NCBI RefSeq assembly: GCF_009914755.1 | Contig: NC_060925.1 | DNA: 64,000 nucleotides | From: the human T2T-CHM13v2.0 reference genome, Homo sapiens | Strand: one strand, 5' to 3' | Shown: positions 46,132 to 61,062 of the stretch, piece by piece | Layout: each line of letters starts with the position of its first letter | How positions within the stretch are numbered: the stretch's first letter is position 1 | The notes under the pieces: model-generated | Databases searched by the model: none | Seen by the model: only the letters and a program-made list of their open reading frames with translations | What the model was told of the DNA's origin: nothing | Made by a program: the position numbers and the translations under genes

Positions 46132-49100
46132 GTCAGGCAAGTTGTAACTAAGATTCCTGAAGAAGCTTATTTAAAATGAACTATCCTTAAATGAAAATAT
46201 GCTTTATCTTTTTCAATTCTCTGAAACTAAAGCAATTTAAATAATTATTTCTAGTCCAGGCCATCATTTCAATTCATATTTTACCAGAATAGTAAAGGAA
46301 CTGAGAACTTGTGTCTGCAGAAAAAAATAATTTTAAGATCACATTTCTTAAGAAGGCAAAGAAGAACAAAAGAAAATAACAAAATTACTATAAAAGGTAG
46401 ATGTCAGTATATGTATGGCATTAGGAAGAGAAAGTTGGAGCTGGAAGATTATTGAGCAGAGTTCCAGTCTTTAAATCTAAATGACTAGTGGCTACATCAA
46501 CAATGACAAAACAAAGGAAGTATATGGGAGTTCTGTGGTCTCACCTCCACAGCTTTGCCATTTTTCTAGTACCTTTTTTGTATATTTGTGTAGAAGAGAT
46601 ATCTCCTTTGAAACACATTTTTTAAAAAGGCATCTTTTCTTATAAAAACATTAAATGTCATTCATTTTGAGTATTAAATTTCTGTGTCATCAAAGCCAGT
46701 TAGCTTTAATTTTTCCCCAACAAATCAAATGCTGGAGATATATAATGGGCACTGCAATCTATTTAATAATGTTGCTGATTCCCTGCATTTTTTATTGAAA
46801 AAATAAGGAAATATTGCATTCACTGGAAAGATGAAAAATAAAGCTTTTTAGCATTTCATCAAAATAAATATGGACACTCATTTTTAAAACCCCGGTATAA
46901 TATCGTGTGAATTTTCTCACATCAACTAAGCAGCGATTAACACCTACAGGCCCATGCCCTTGCTTTGCATTTTGAAACTACTCAAAGGTAAAGTGTTGTT
47001 TTAGGGTTCTTTTTGTTACAGAGAAAGTGGGAGGAAAAGGAATATTAAAGCTATTAATAGGTACAAAGTTTCTGTTTTTTAAGTATCGAGTTCTAGTTGT
47101 ATGTTTCAGTTTTTCTAAACAGAATGTTTTATGCCAATTTGATATCTTTGATAGTATTATATTATTTGGTTTGAAAATATTCAAGTGATGCTTGATGCTG
47201 TAAAACAGATGCTACTAAATATTTCTCCCTTTGATTTGACAATATATTTTTTTTCCTCTTTGTTTAAGATGTTTAAAATATTGTTAGGATGGAATACCTA
47301 ACATGATATAGTATAATAGATAATTTAGAAAAAAATGACACAATACTATAGTGGTATACTAAAGGATCTTCTTGCCTGTGTATTCCTCCATATTATTAAG
47401 AAAACATTTAGTTGTTAAAGTAATTCACCAATTTGAAGTAAAGATGTAGCAAATCTTAGCAATTATTTGAAATAACTACTATTTCCTCAGTAAACAGAAA
47501 ATACTCAGCTTTTTCCAAATACTGTGCTTTTACCTTTATTTTTTTTAACAGTGTGATACAAGCAAATTAAGTAGAAATTCCATCTGCTTTCTGGATGTAA
47601 TTTTTATTGACTGTTAATTCAAAATTAGGACGTTGGTATTTCAAGACAGAATATTTACACTGATTAGTACATAATTTGCTTGTAAAATTCGCTAATTCTT
47701 TGTAATATAAACCTACCATAAGTGGAAATAACATATTTTAAAGTATATGTATAGGGTGGGCTTATTTGAAATGCTGAGTTTTTTAATTGCAACACTTGGA
47801 TCTTAATGTAGTAGAAGTGTGCAAGTTATTTGGGCCTTTTGGGGAGAAAGAAAATCTTGAATTTTGATGGCATCAGAGGAAGAAATATTCTTTTCAAATT
47901 TACCCAGTTTTTCATTTTGCATAATAAGTTACTTTATACTCACTCAAAATTAAATTGGCAAGTCACAGAATTGAACTGGCAGCTGATAGGCAGTGCTCAG
48001 GTTTGGTATTTTTGGCTGAATCTTTTCCCAATAGGAAGTCAATAACTATTGAGTTCTTATTAGAGACTGAAAAGCATCGTGAGTGGGATAGAAAATTGGA
48101 TAATGTTCTGTGACCTTCCCAAATCTTACAATCCAGTTGAAGAGATAAAACTACATGAATGAGAAATTAAATGGCAATGCAAGATTTACATAACAGTTCA
48201 CTTTGATAATAGACATGTCACAGAGAGGTTCATGCTCATTTATCATATGAATAGTCCAGGAATTGAGAGATTCCCCTACCTGTAGCAGAATATTTTGTAA
48301 TAAATCCTGGAGAACAGATTCCTAATGAAGGTCTTTGTAGAGTAGATGTACAATTAAGAGGAAGTAAATGACACCTGTGACATCCTTGCCCATTTCTCCT
48401 TTTGTTTTCCATGGATATTTTAGTAATAACTAGAAGCCAACACTGTTGATGCCAACCTTTCACTGTAGGTAAATGGAATTTGTTTGATTTCTATGAAAAT
48501 ATTAAGTTTCTCAGAAAAATCATTTCCAATATCTGTCCCTTCAGTAAATATCACTCAACAGATAAGTAGCACAACCTAGTGATCTACACTCAGAAGAGGC
48601 AAACTAGATTCTTGATGTCTTAACAAGACACTAACTACTGGGGAGCCAGAAGTCTCATAAATTTTAAGGCACTCATCTAGTTCATTTTTGAATCATAGAC
48701 TCTTTGGAAAGCCAGATCAGTAATATGAACACTTTCTAAAAATATTTAAAAGTGTTATTCTCATAAAATATTGTTTTGCTGCTCAAATTATTTCTCCCTG
48801 TTTTGTTCTATTTCTGAAATATTAATATATAATTAATAATGCTACCTTCTACTACTAGGAAACAGGTAAATACATTTTTAAAAAGTGAAAAACTTTATAC
48901 ATTAGTTTATACCAGTTGCCTAATATCATGGAGATTTTTACATTATTTTTAGTAATTCACCTGTTATATTCCCTGATGTTTTCTTAATTGAATTACTTAT
49001 ATAAAACTTTGATATAACATTAAGAATTTGTTAACTTTCATATCTTTACCTCATTGGTTCTTGATTCAAGTAAGGTTTTATAATCAAATTATATTTCTTT

Positions 49101-49168
49101 GGGTTTTTTTTTTCCATTTCCACTGACCACGGCCATTCTGATTCCATAAGACAGACTAACTTGATTTT

Positions 49169-49323
49169 TTAAAAGAGACAGACTCTCTCTCTCTGTTGCC
49201 CAGGCTGAAATGCAGTGGTGCGATCAACGCTCACTGCAGCCTCAAACTCCTGGCCTCAAAGGATCCTCCTGGCTTGGCCTCCCAGAGCATTGGAATTATA
49301 GGCGTGAAGCACTGTGCCTGATA
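49169..49323 (-). mobile_element. Monomeric Alu (FRAM/AluJ-like; left-arm 5' half joined to right-arm 3' half)
   Basis: 12-bp TSD taacttgatttt (49157 and 49324) around a ~155-bp single-arm element. Confidence 0.88.
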
Positions 49324-49654
49324 TAACTTGATTTTATAAATATTTTTCCCGAGTGTAATTTCTGTCATCTAATGTATACTTTCAATCAAATAGTCCCCAT
49401 TTTCCAACAGCAAGAGTTTTCCTACAGCAAAAGTTACTCCAGACACTTCTGTTTTAGGTAGATACAATAGAATTTAAAAATAGGTGATATATATTTCTAG
49501 GAAGGAATAAAGAAATCCGAAAGCATTCTCACTTATTTTTTTAAAGCAAACTTTGAATTTAAAATGGTGGTAACTAAAATTGTTACAGGACAGATTGTAG
49601 AACATATTTAAAAACCTCGCAAGTTGTTGAGAAATCCAGTCATTCTTACATGCT

Positions 49655-49725
49655 TTCAATTCATTCATTCCTTCAATCATTTATTCAATGAATATGTATT
49701 GATTAGTACCAGGCACTTTGCACGG
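49655..49725 (-). mobile_element. L2 3' end
   Basis: ttcattcattccttcaatcatttattcaatgaatatgtattga ... ccaggcact. Confidence 0.6.
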
Positions 49726-50184
49726 TCTACATGTTTACCTCAAGAAGGTCAAAGAGCAATAGGAAATATGTGTAAAACAATATGTAGACCTACGTCAACT
49801 CAGTGTGTGAGACTTCATCCAGTGGCTGCAGGGGTGCAGAGCAAGGAGTGTCTCATCTCACTCTCGCCCTCTGGGAACACCCTAATCTTGACAGAACTCT
49901 TTTAATAATGTCATAGTGAACCCAGAGGGACCCAAACCACTGATCATTCCTCAGAGTTGAAATCAGAGTCTCTGATCATGCATTATATTAGGTCACATTT
50001 TAAAAAGAATAGTCCCGGTTTCACTTCTGGTTATAGTAGTAATATTGCTTGGTATATAAAATTAGAAAATTATAAATGAGTTTAAGAAGACAATTCACCT
50101 AATACCTAGAAGGGAAAAGCACTTGTTACATTACATTTTTTTTCTTTTCTCTAGTGTGTACACACACACACTTACACTCACACA

Positions 50185-50526
50185 CAGTCATCTGCTACAT
50201 AAGACATAAGACATTTCAACACATACAATGGTGGTTCCATAAGATTATAAATACTGTATTTTTACTGCACTTTTTCTGTGTTTAGTTATGTTTAGATAGA
50301 CAAATAATTACCACTGTGTTAAAACTGCCAACACCATTCACTATAGTAACGTGCTACACAGGTCTGTAGACTGGGAGCAATATGCTGTACCATACAGCCG
50401 AGGTGTGAAGCAAACTCTACCATCTAGGTGTGTGTAAGTATACTCTATGATGTTTGCACAATGACAAAAGCACCTAACAACGCATTTCGCAGAATGTATC
50501 CCCATCATTACATGAGGCATCGCTCT
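50185..50526. mobile_element. Tigger3a/MER7-like TcMar MITE
   Basis: cagtcat ... ggtggttccataagattataa ... accatctaggtgtgtgtaagtatactctatgatgtttgcacaatgac ... aacgcatttcgcagaatgtatcccc. Confidence 0.85.
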
Positions 50527-51273
50527 CTTTCTATTTGTATATATATGTTAATATATATAAATATTATAGGTAAATATCTAGATATATGTAATATTTTTAG
50601 ATATAAATATTTAACTATAAATATATGGTTTTGGGCTATTTTTTCATAATTGAGACTATGGTGTGAAGTAAGTTTCTTTTCAACACATCCTTTAAATGAA
50701 TCTATGAACTAGTGTTTACATGATTTGAGGCTTGGAGAAAGCAATTCTACCTTGAAGCAAATCCTGGGAGATACTATCCAAAAGGGCATAGAAGAAGCAC
50801 TTTCTATTATGTAACCAGGGAATATCCATTTCCAGGACCCGAGGGAGAAAAGATTTACTTGTTCATTTTGTGCCATTATGCTAAGGTCATCATATTATGT
50901 TACTTGAGTGCTTGAGCTCAACTGCATAGTCCTTTCTTTATCATGCTCTAGGGAAGGAAGTTCATCCTAATGTACACCAGCTCCATTTTGATCAGACTTT
51001 TTCTCCACTCTGACTCTGGGAACATGAATTCTTTTGAGTTTAGATGTGATGCAGACCGTTGAGTTTTTGATGCAACAGTTATAGCCAGTGCATAGTTATA
51101 GCCAAATTTCACTGTTCTGGGAATATCATGCAATACTGTCACAACCTCTGAGCATTCAATTTTATTTGAAGAAACAGGTTTTTATGAAGCTAAATGGAGT
51201 TTCTTGAAGAGAAAGTTAGTTAGGGAATTATCTTAGTGATGATGAGAGGAAAGACAAACAAATGGTTTCCTGG

Positions 51274-51460
51274 TGATATGGGTTTGGCTCTGTGTCCCCA
51301 TCCAAATCTCATGTAGAATTATAATCCTCACTTGTCAGGGGAGGGGCCTGGTGGGAGCTGACTGGATTATGGGGGCAAATTTTCCCCTTGCTGTTCTCAT
51401 GATAGTGAGTGAGTTCTCATAAGATCTAATGGTTTAACATGCGTGACACTTCCCCCTTTG

Positions 51461-51493
<33 letters not shown>

Positions 51494-51678
51494 CTGCTCC
51501 ACTATAGTAAGGCATGCTTTCTTCCCCTTCACCTTACACCACGACTGTAAGCTTCCTGAGGCCTCCCAGCCATGCTTCTGTATAGCCTGCAGAACTATGA
51601 GTCAATTAAACTTCTTTTCTTCATAAAGTACCCATTATCAGGTAGTTCTTTATAGCAGTGTGAGAATGAACTAATACA
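51274..51678 (+). mobile_element. THE1 (THE1D-like)/MST MaLR solo LTR
   Basis: tgatatgggtttggctctgtgtcccc ... ggtagttctttatagcagtgtgagaatgaactaataca, with 5-bp TSD cctgg/cttgg. Confidence 0.92.
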
Positions 51679-52829
51679 CTTGGGCTGATACGAAGTAGGA
51701 TCAAGAATTACCAATTATATAAATGCAAATTTTCTGCAATAGGAAGTATTGCCTAATGAGATCAGCTTGCAACACAAGGCTTTGGGTGATGAGATCCAGT
51801 AGTTCAGGAGATAAAGCTGATTCTAGGCAGACAGTTATCTAATAGAATAAGGACTACTCTGCTTCTGAGGAAGATGATTTGACAAATAGCATTACTTTTT
51901 TACTAGAGCATAAATCTGAAACATTGTGTATCATATACACTAACTAACACTCTCATTCCCCTGTGGTTGTTTGGCCACTCAGAGACCACTGCTGACCCAC
52001 TCTGCCTCTGCAACTTAGAAGGCTTTTTACTTGGAAGCCCAACCCCAGGCAGTCCATAACCCACAAAACATTACTTCCTGGCAAAGTTCTCAATCTGGTT
52101 TGCATGACTTTGTAAGAGTAGCTTTAAAACTCAGTCCTCTGATGCACTTTTCTGGCTGCCAATTACTATTGCAGTTAATTAACAGCTGTTCCTCCAAAGC
52201 GAAATTCAAGAATGGTGAAATAGCAGCTTTGTCATCACAGTCACCGCCTGACATTTCTTCTTCTACCCATTTCTAATGTGACTTCAGAGACTTCTATCAG
52301 GAAAAAAGATTATGAAGGTATCTACCCATTAGACAAATTTATCACAGTAATGAAAATATAAATAACTTTGTTCCTCACAACCTGAAAGAAAACTCTTATT
52401 AAAATAATACCTTTTGTAGAGTCTCAATGGCACTTCCACACTTTGTATGAAACCAGATGAGAGCTCCCCTTTGTGAGACCTACTAGCACTCTGAGCCCAT
52501 TTACAATGTACTCCTATGTATCTATGGGTATTACCAGACTGTCAGCTTCTATCAGATCTACCAGATTGTAAACTTCTGTAATGCCAAGGTTATGTCTTAT
52601 TCATTTTTATAGCTCCACAAAATTAAGAATATGTTTTTAAAAAATTAATTTAATTATTTATATTCTAAGAGAATATATGCTTTTAATACAGTCATAATGT
52701 ATGAATTAGGTAATCAATAAATACTTTAAATGAATAAACATTTCAATTACTATAATCAAGCAAAACTAGTCTATACTTTCAGGAATCTTGGATGTGGTTA
52801 ACTTTAGAAGAAAGCTAATGACATGAGAG

Positions 52830-52960
52830 AAAATAAGGGGCTTTGGAGAGATGGTGGTAATGTTATGTTTCTTCATGGGAGCTACTTATATGGGTGTGTT
52901 CAGTTGAATTGTACACTATGTGTAGTTGTCCTCACTATATTTCAATAAAGTAAAAACATA
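52830..52960 (+). mobile_element. Old L1 (L1ME-like) 3' fragment
   Basis: ggtaatgttatgtttctt ... tgggtgtgttcagtt ... tatatttcaataaag. Confidence 0.5.
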
Positions 52961-53445
52961 TATAGTCCAGGTACTACACAGAAGACCTTCACAGTAGACT
53001 TGTTTCCTTGCATTAGGTTATAAAAATGATGACATTTTTTCAAAAAAACATGGAAATTTTGGTAGTAGGTAGAGAGGGAGTAGATTTGGTGAATTTTATT
53101 ACAAAATTATAGGTTTACTTAATTACACAATTAGATTTTATTCAGATGCTCCCCAGAGTGTCTAATATAGTACCCCAGGTGGAGAACATGTTCAACCAAT
53201 TATAGATGATTTAGATGCAAATATATACATATATCCATATAAAAGCCACACACTTATGCGTGTGTGTGTATATATATAAAACATATATATAACATATATA
53301 ACTTTAGAATGTTATTACAAGTTGTATCAATTGAATTAGTAATTACATATGTAACCTACCTATTTTGAGTGAAATATTGGCATCATAAGATTATGTAATT
53401 AAGTCAAATAGGTCAAGGGAACTTTTAAAAAATACTTTAAACTGA

Positions 53446-54150
<705 letters not shown>

Positions 54151-54607
54151 CATCAGTAGCTACTGGATGAATGGCTAGAAAAGCCAAAGCCCTCAGCAGT
54201 GTTCAAGAATTTGAGGAGCTATAAACTCACAACTCTTAAAGTCTCTCCCTTCTTCCCTATCTCTTTCCCTCAGTCCGTCATTCTAGCCCTCAGCTCCAGG
54301 TTATTTCTCTCCACTTATCTCTTACTCCCCAAATGGAATATTCTTTGCACATAAATTATGCCTGCTTAGAAATGTTTACATATCACACCTGAGCATCTCA
54401 CTGACCTAACATCCTCTCCACTTCCAGATTAATCAAAATTGCTGTGCAATAAATCATACCCCTAAAAAACTCAGTAGTAGTGGCAATTTTAATTCCCATT
54501 CCGAATCTCTTCTTTAGCTGTTTCAGTATATTCACAGACTATCTAAATGATGGTCTTTTTATTCTTATCTATTAATAATCTGTATCTCAAATAATTTTGG
54601 TGTCTTT

Positions 54608-54998
54608 GCAGCAAAAGTCACAATCTCAAAAGTCTATTAGGGCCAGGATGGTAAGGTATATAGTATTAATTGGCATAAGAAAAACAATGGAAGTTGACAC
54701 TGAACTTCAGAGTGGGAGAAAAAGTAGAGCAGGGAATCTGGAAGACTTGAGAATACACACCACTACCACAGTGGAAACTTTCTATTTGCTTATGCAATTT
54801 TTGCCAACTGAGAATATAGGTTATGTTTATACATATTTGGATTTTTTTAAAGAGAAGCTAAAGATTCAGATCCTATGTGAAATCTCTCAATTTTCAAATG
54901 TGATCATCAAATTAAAATTTTCAAAACCATGTTGGGTGGGTCAAATTAAACATGGCTAAGGGCCACATAAACCATCTGGCTGTAATTTATAACCTCTG
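54608..54998. mobile_element. hAT DNA transposon relic (MER103-like)
   Basis: ctcaaaagtctattagggccagg ... aaatctctcaattttcaaatg ... tttataacctctg. Confidence 0.45.
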
Positions 54999-55379
54999 TC
55001 TTATAGCTAAATATACTTACGTTGTCTTCTAAATAGGGGGATCCCTACTTTACTTGTTTACTATAGTCCTCCAGTTACTGACAAATTCTCCTTGAGCAGG
55101 AAATGGTATCTTAAAAGTCTTTTTACGCTTAGAACATATGGTAAGAACTCAATAAATTACTATAGTTGAATTAAAATTAGACAGTATTTTTAAGTCACAA
55201 GAGTCTCTGATAAATCACCTTCCTTATCTTACTTTTTCAGTTGTATTTTGAATCTTAGAAAAAGAAGTTTGCACAGTAATGACAAAAATATAATTTTTGC
55301 TATTTATTAATAAATTGTTTAGGAATTCCTCTCCAGCCATTAAATTTTGGCACAGTTAGTTCTGTTTAACAACTCATTG

Positions 55380-55590
55380 ATTGAGATCTTGTTTCTGGAT
55401 TTAACGCCCAGATTTCCTTCTTTCTAGATAACTGACCTTAGCTTTGTTTACTTTTGTTCTCTGAATCTCCCTTTCTTCATGTGCAAAATGGAGATGATAA
55501 TAGTGTCAACCTCATAGGGAGGTTTGTAAAGAGTTTAAGTGAGATTAATCTGAGAAAAAAATACTTGGCACAATGCCTGCCATGCAATCC
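55380..55590 (+). mobile_element. MIR SINE
   Basis: ctctgaatctccctttcttcatgtgcaaaatggagatgataatagtgtcaacctcataggg ... acttggcacaatgcctg. Confidence 0.75.
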
Positions 55591-58500
55591 TGACTGAGAT
55601 GGTTGTTGTGAACAGTTGGATTGATTATACCCTCCAAAGGAAGGTCTATCTGCAAAAAATTACATTAAGTGAACTAATGCCTCCTTTCTTCATCAGAGAT
55701 GTTCAAACTTGAGATTTATTTACAGTCTATGCTTATATTTCAAAGAAGTTAACTATGTCAGACCTGTGCTAAAAAATAAAACAAAAAAATACAACCACAA
55801 CCACAACAAAACAGATCTTGGTCCTCTCAGGAGCCAGGGCCTTAACATCTTTCAGTTTAGCCTACACATCCTTCTTCACGTAGTAATTTTGCTCATAACA
55901 CTGGCATTGCCTAATGTTCTGTTCACTTAAGCTGAACAGAAATAGACCCTAGGGTTTCAATGAAATCTCAGAATGACACCTCGTCATCCAGCCCTCTTGA
56001 CACCATTGGGTGGCATTACAAATGACTACATGTTCCCCTCCTCTGGAGAAGGAAAGATGAGAAAGTTCCATCTTCTTGGCTTTGCGTTTGTCTTCACAGC
56101 ACCACACCTTTTCATACGATTTTTTTTTAGAATGCAATGTGAGAGTGAAGCCAACAGAGAAAAGTTCCAACAAATGGAATTGCCATAGCAACACTCTACA
56201 TTTCTCATCAAGTTTGGTCTTGTGTGGATCATCACATTAAAGCTTGTTTTTCAGCTTGGCAAAAGCCATGGCTGTAATCTTCAGTGAGAAAATCTCTTTG
56301 TCCTATCCAGAAGTTAAAAATAGAAGAGAATAATTTGAATTATTTTACGAACATAAAAATATGGCATTGCAGCTCCTCCACAAATTGAATTAACTTGTAG
56401 AATGCTGACATTTGAGACCACTTTAATTTCCCACTTATGGTTTCAAATTGGATTCAGCACTTGTCATTATGACTTAATATTTGTTGAGAGCTGACCAAGT
56501 ACTCAATTCTAAGCAAAACAATGGGTACAGTACTTGTCTCCTTCTAAGGGACAAGGTACAGAATCATAACATTGAAAAGACAGTGGACAAAGGTTTTGTG
56601 TGAAAGTGTGTGTATGTGTGTGTGATTTTACTTGTTTTTGATAAGTTGAAAATTAGTCCACCTTAGGTTTTCCCTGGCCAATAAAGCACTATATTTTAAA
56701 AACTTTGCATTTGAGAATGTTTCTTTGTGGTGAATTAAAAGTTTTTTTAAAAACAAGAAGTCTCGCAAAAATAACAATATATAGTAAAGTGGTTTTTAAA
56801 AAATGTTCTTCTAGGATTGCAAATTAGTCTTTGTTTGGAAGGCTGCTTTTTCTCTTCAAATGTCTGATGAAAAGCAGGACTTCTGAAAGGAAGGAAATAT
56901 GAATATTAGGAATGTTTTTTCGAAGTGTACTCTATAGTAGCTAGCACAAAATTCAGATGTATTCTTAGTCCAAATGAATGTTTAAATTTACTATCACATA
57001 GTCTTAATTTACCCCAATAAGTCGTCTGTCACATGAACATTTTGCATGTTGCTATTTTAGGTAATGAATGATAATAAAATTATAAATAAAAATACTTAAA
57101 ATACGCTTCACCATTTTTCCTAGCAACAGGATATTATAAATTGATCATTATTATCAAAGAATATAAACTTGAATTACAAATATTACATCAAAAACTAATC
57201 AAATCCTTTATGGTCATAGACGGTACCTAGAATTTACAGAATTAGTGAAGAATAAAAAAGATGAACCTGTAGACATACAAGATTAAGTTGGTTGATGCAG
57301 TATTTTAAATAAAAAAGGATCGAAAAACTACTTATCAGTTAGTACCTAAAAACATATGTATAATTAAAGTTGATCATTTTCAAAAGCAGATATCCATGGA
57401 ATTCATTTATTGTTAGCAATGCTCTAGTCACTTTGATTTGCTTTATACAATAAAAGAGAGCAATTATTATTAAATTTTAAATGTTTCTTCTCCGCCCCTG
57501 AAACAGACATGGTCATGCAATTGGCCTATTTTCACAGCCTTTGGCAATGATACATGCAATTTTATTCATGGATATTAATTCTCTTTTTTTAAACCACTAT
57601 CCACCCCTCCCACCTTCTCTGTTACTTCACATTGGTGTTTATTTTACTGCCATAAGCAGTGATGCATGGAAATTAAACTACAGATATTCATCATTTTCCT
57701 GCTTTGGCCTCAGTGCATAAAATGTTCACTTGTACATTGTTAAGAGGTAAAAATTGCATCACTTCATCACAGGTTTATCATCAAGTGACCTCTATCTTAT
57801 GGTGATTAAATATCAGGAGAGTTTGGCATAAAGATATCAACCAGCGGGGATGACCTGCAGGAACTGGTGACAGGGAAGATGGCTGTGTAACACTGACAGC
57901 TGTGAAATAACCTACTATCTTAAGGAAAAGTCAGCATTACACATTATAACCTAACCATCACTTGAAAGCTAAGGTTCTGCAACAGAAAGACTAGAAATTC
58001 AATTGTTTTCAAATGACATATTAGATTATGATATTTTTGTCAGCAATTATTTTGTCACAAAATCATTTCTTCTTCTTTTTTTTTTCTTTATTTTTTTCCC
58101 CTGTGGAGTTGTGGAGATAGTGAGGGGACTCTGGCTTTTCCCAAAATAACCTTTAATTATAGTTTTTGATCTTGACATTCTCGAAAAATGCCCTACTGAC
58201 TAGTCTTCTGTAAGTACCATCTGTAAGTTTTGATCATAAACTAACTGGTCCTAGAATCTCCCTGGCAAAGAGCATTGCGAGTCATTTTGGGAAAAGTCAG
58301 GCATAGTCAATTTTCACAGTCTTGAAACTTGAAATGATTTCTTCCAGCTTTCAGGAAGAAAAAAAAAATTCTGGCACGAAATTCTGTGTTAGAATTTTCA
58401 AACAAAAATAGAGAAGAAAGCTGGAATATAGCAAAAAAAATTATACAGTGGAAATTTGAATATACTAGAAACTGCATTTGTTAATAAAATAAGAATTTGT

Positions 58501-59707
58501 GACTATATTGTTACAGTTACACCTAATTATATACCCCTAAAATGTGAGGAATTTATGAAGAATGTGAGGAATGTATGCATTTCTGAATAATGCATCTAAG
58601 AATGAAGGAAAAATAAAGAAAATACATAGTACAATATATTATAATAATGTAATAATATATACCAGTACTTATGAAGGAAGTTTTGTAAAGTATCTTTGAA
58701 TTAACCAGTGCCTTAACAAAGAGCTAAAAATGGCTTTAACTAGGAGAAAAAGAAGGGTGAAGAATATCATATTTATGCTGCTCTCTACCAGGTAATGTTA
58801 GACACCGCTAATCTGTCACAATATGGCCGGTGCTTAGTGTTGTTAGAAATAATAGCACTGCACATTCACCACGATAGTGAGACATTTAAGAGGCTGTTGC
58901 TTCTTTGAACAATCTCAGTGTCTTGAGATTTTGACAAAAATATTCCTTGAGGTGGTTTCTGCCATAAGCAGGATTTTAGAAAAACTACTGCATTAATCTG
59001 TTTTATTTGCCTTTGTTGTTCATGCTGTTAACTATAGATTCCTTGAAGTACGGAGACTGTTATAAGGTATTCCTTAAATACCAAAATTTTTCTTCTTTTT
59101 AATATTTTATGAAAACATATCCCTGAAGAATCCTGGTGTTTTGTATCTGTGCCAGTCCAGAGAATAATGCATGTTTATACTTTTCTAGAGGGTCAAGAGT
59201 CTCTGTGGAAGAGTCTTATATGGAAGATGTACCAGTAGTGCATTGGAATCATAGAATTAGCATGGCCTGAATTTTGATAAAAGTCCAACCTTATATGTAC
59301 CAGAAAATTCATGTCAATGTTTATTATAAGCAAATAAAGCTATTTTAAGAGAAGTAGTTTGTGGTTCACATTGTCTTTTAATCTCAGTTTCCTAGTGACT
59401 CTAATCTATCTTTCTGGAAATGAACATAGAGTGTTGTCATTATGGCCTCTGTTTCCAACGTGAATTTTATTTCTGGTACAACTAAGCTTGCTAATTTAAA
59501 GTTATAAAAATACACATATTTGCTCAACTCATCCTCAGACTGCTTTTTTGTCTTTTTTAAAAAATACAAACACAGATCAACAGAAAAACCATTGCTTAAT
59601 ATTTAAATAATACTATGTTATGCTAGTGTTAATAGTCATTGTGGTAGTGTGTGGTTGTAACTTATTGAGAGATTATAACCTGTCAGCTGCTGTGCTCGGC
59701 AGGTTCT

Positions 59708-59746
59708 TCATCATCATCATCATCATCATTATCATCATCATCATCA
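59708..59746. repeat. (CAT)n trinucleotide repeat
   Basis: Direct reading. Confidence 0.9.
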
Positions 59747-60702
59747 GTCCCAGGCAATGTTTATTAACTGGTTATCTGGAAATGTACTCTATATGTGCCA
59801 TCCATTTAAAATCCCACAAACAGAAGTTCAAAAAGGCTCATAACTAGTGAGAAGTGGACCCTAAATTCAAATCCAGACCTATCTATTATAATTTAGCAGC
59901 TCTGAAATAGTGCATAATAGGTTTTAAAATTCAATACATTTCACAGTCTTCCCAAATAGTCCGTTTTCAAAACTGAACACACAATCTAATATATTCTGTA
60001 CCTATTATCTGATGGCTGTATCTGTTTGAACCGACTCTCTGGATATACAAGTTACCTCTTAAGAGCATCTTCACATATAACAATTTTCAAGTTTTCAAAG
60101 CTTTTCCTAATTGATTAGAGACAGAAGAAGAGTTCACATCACACTACCGCATCAGCTCCAGCCCCATTCCCCTCCCTCTTCCTCATTCTTACCTCTTTCC
60201 TGTGACACTGAAAGTTCCCACCCCTTATCGTTGAATGAGGAATACTCTACACATCAGGGAATTTCTTTGGGGACTGAACTTTGGAGACTGTACCGAAGTC
60301 CCAAGTGGGTTTATGAAAGAATTTTTTAGAGAAAATTTATTGTTCTCCCTGGAGGAAATTGTGGTAAATATAATTTTCTTTATCTCTCCTGTTAAATTAA
60401 CTTGAAATTATTCAAAAAGTAATGGCATTGTAGTTACTGAGAGTAGGCAGAGAACCCATGTATTCTTTTCTCAAAACCCATGTATTTTTAAGCCATGGTG
60501 GCTAAGAAATTCTTCCCACGTAATCTGATTAAAGGCTTACCACGTACACAGTTTTTCTGTTAAGGGTAGTTGAAGAAAGCAAGAGAATGGAAGGATTGAA
60601 GAAGCAGTGCTTGTGAGAGGTTAACTGTGCATTGAAAATGGCTAGTGACTGAAGACTTAGGAATGCACCACATGGTCAGGTAGAGAATAAGAAAGAAGTT
60701 GA

Positions 60703-61062
<360 letters not shown>

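Noticed and set aside
57647-58971. Identical 13-mer ctgccataagcag at 57647 and 58959
   Set aside because: A 13-mer match at this spacing is expected about once by chance in 64 kb.
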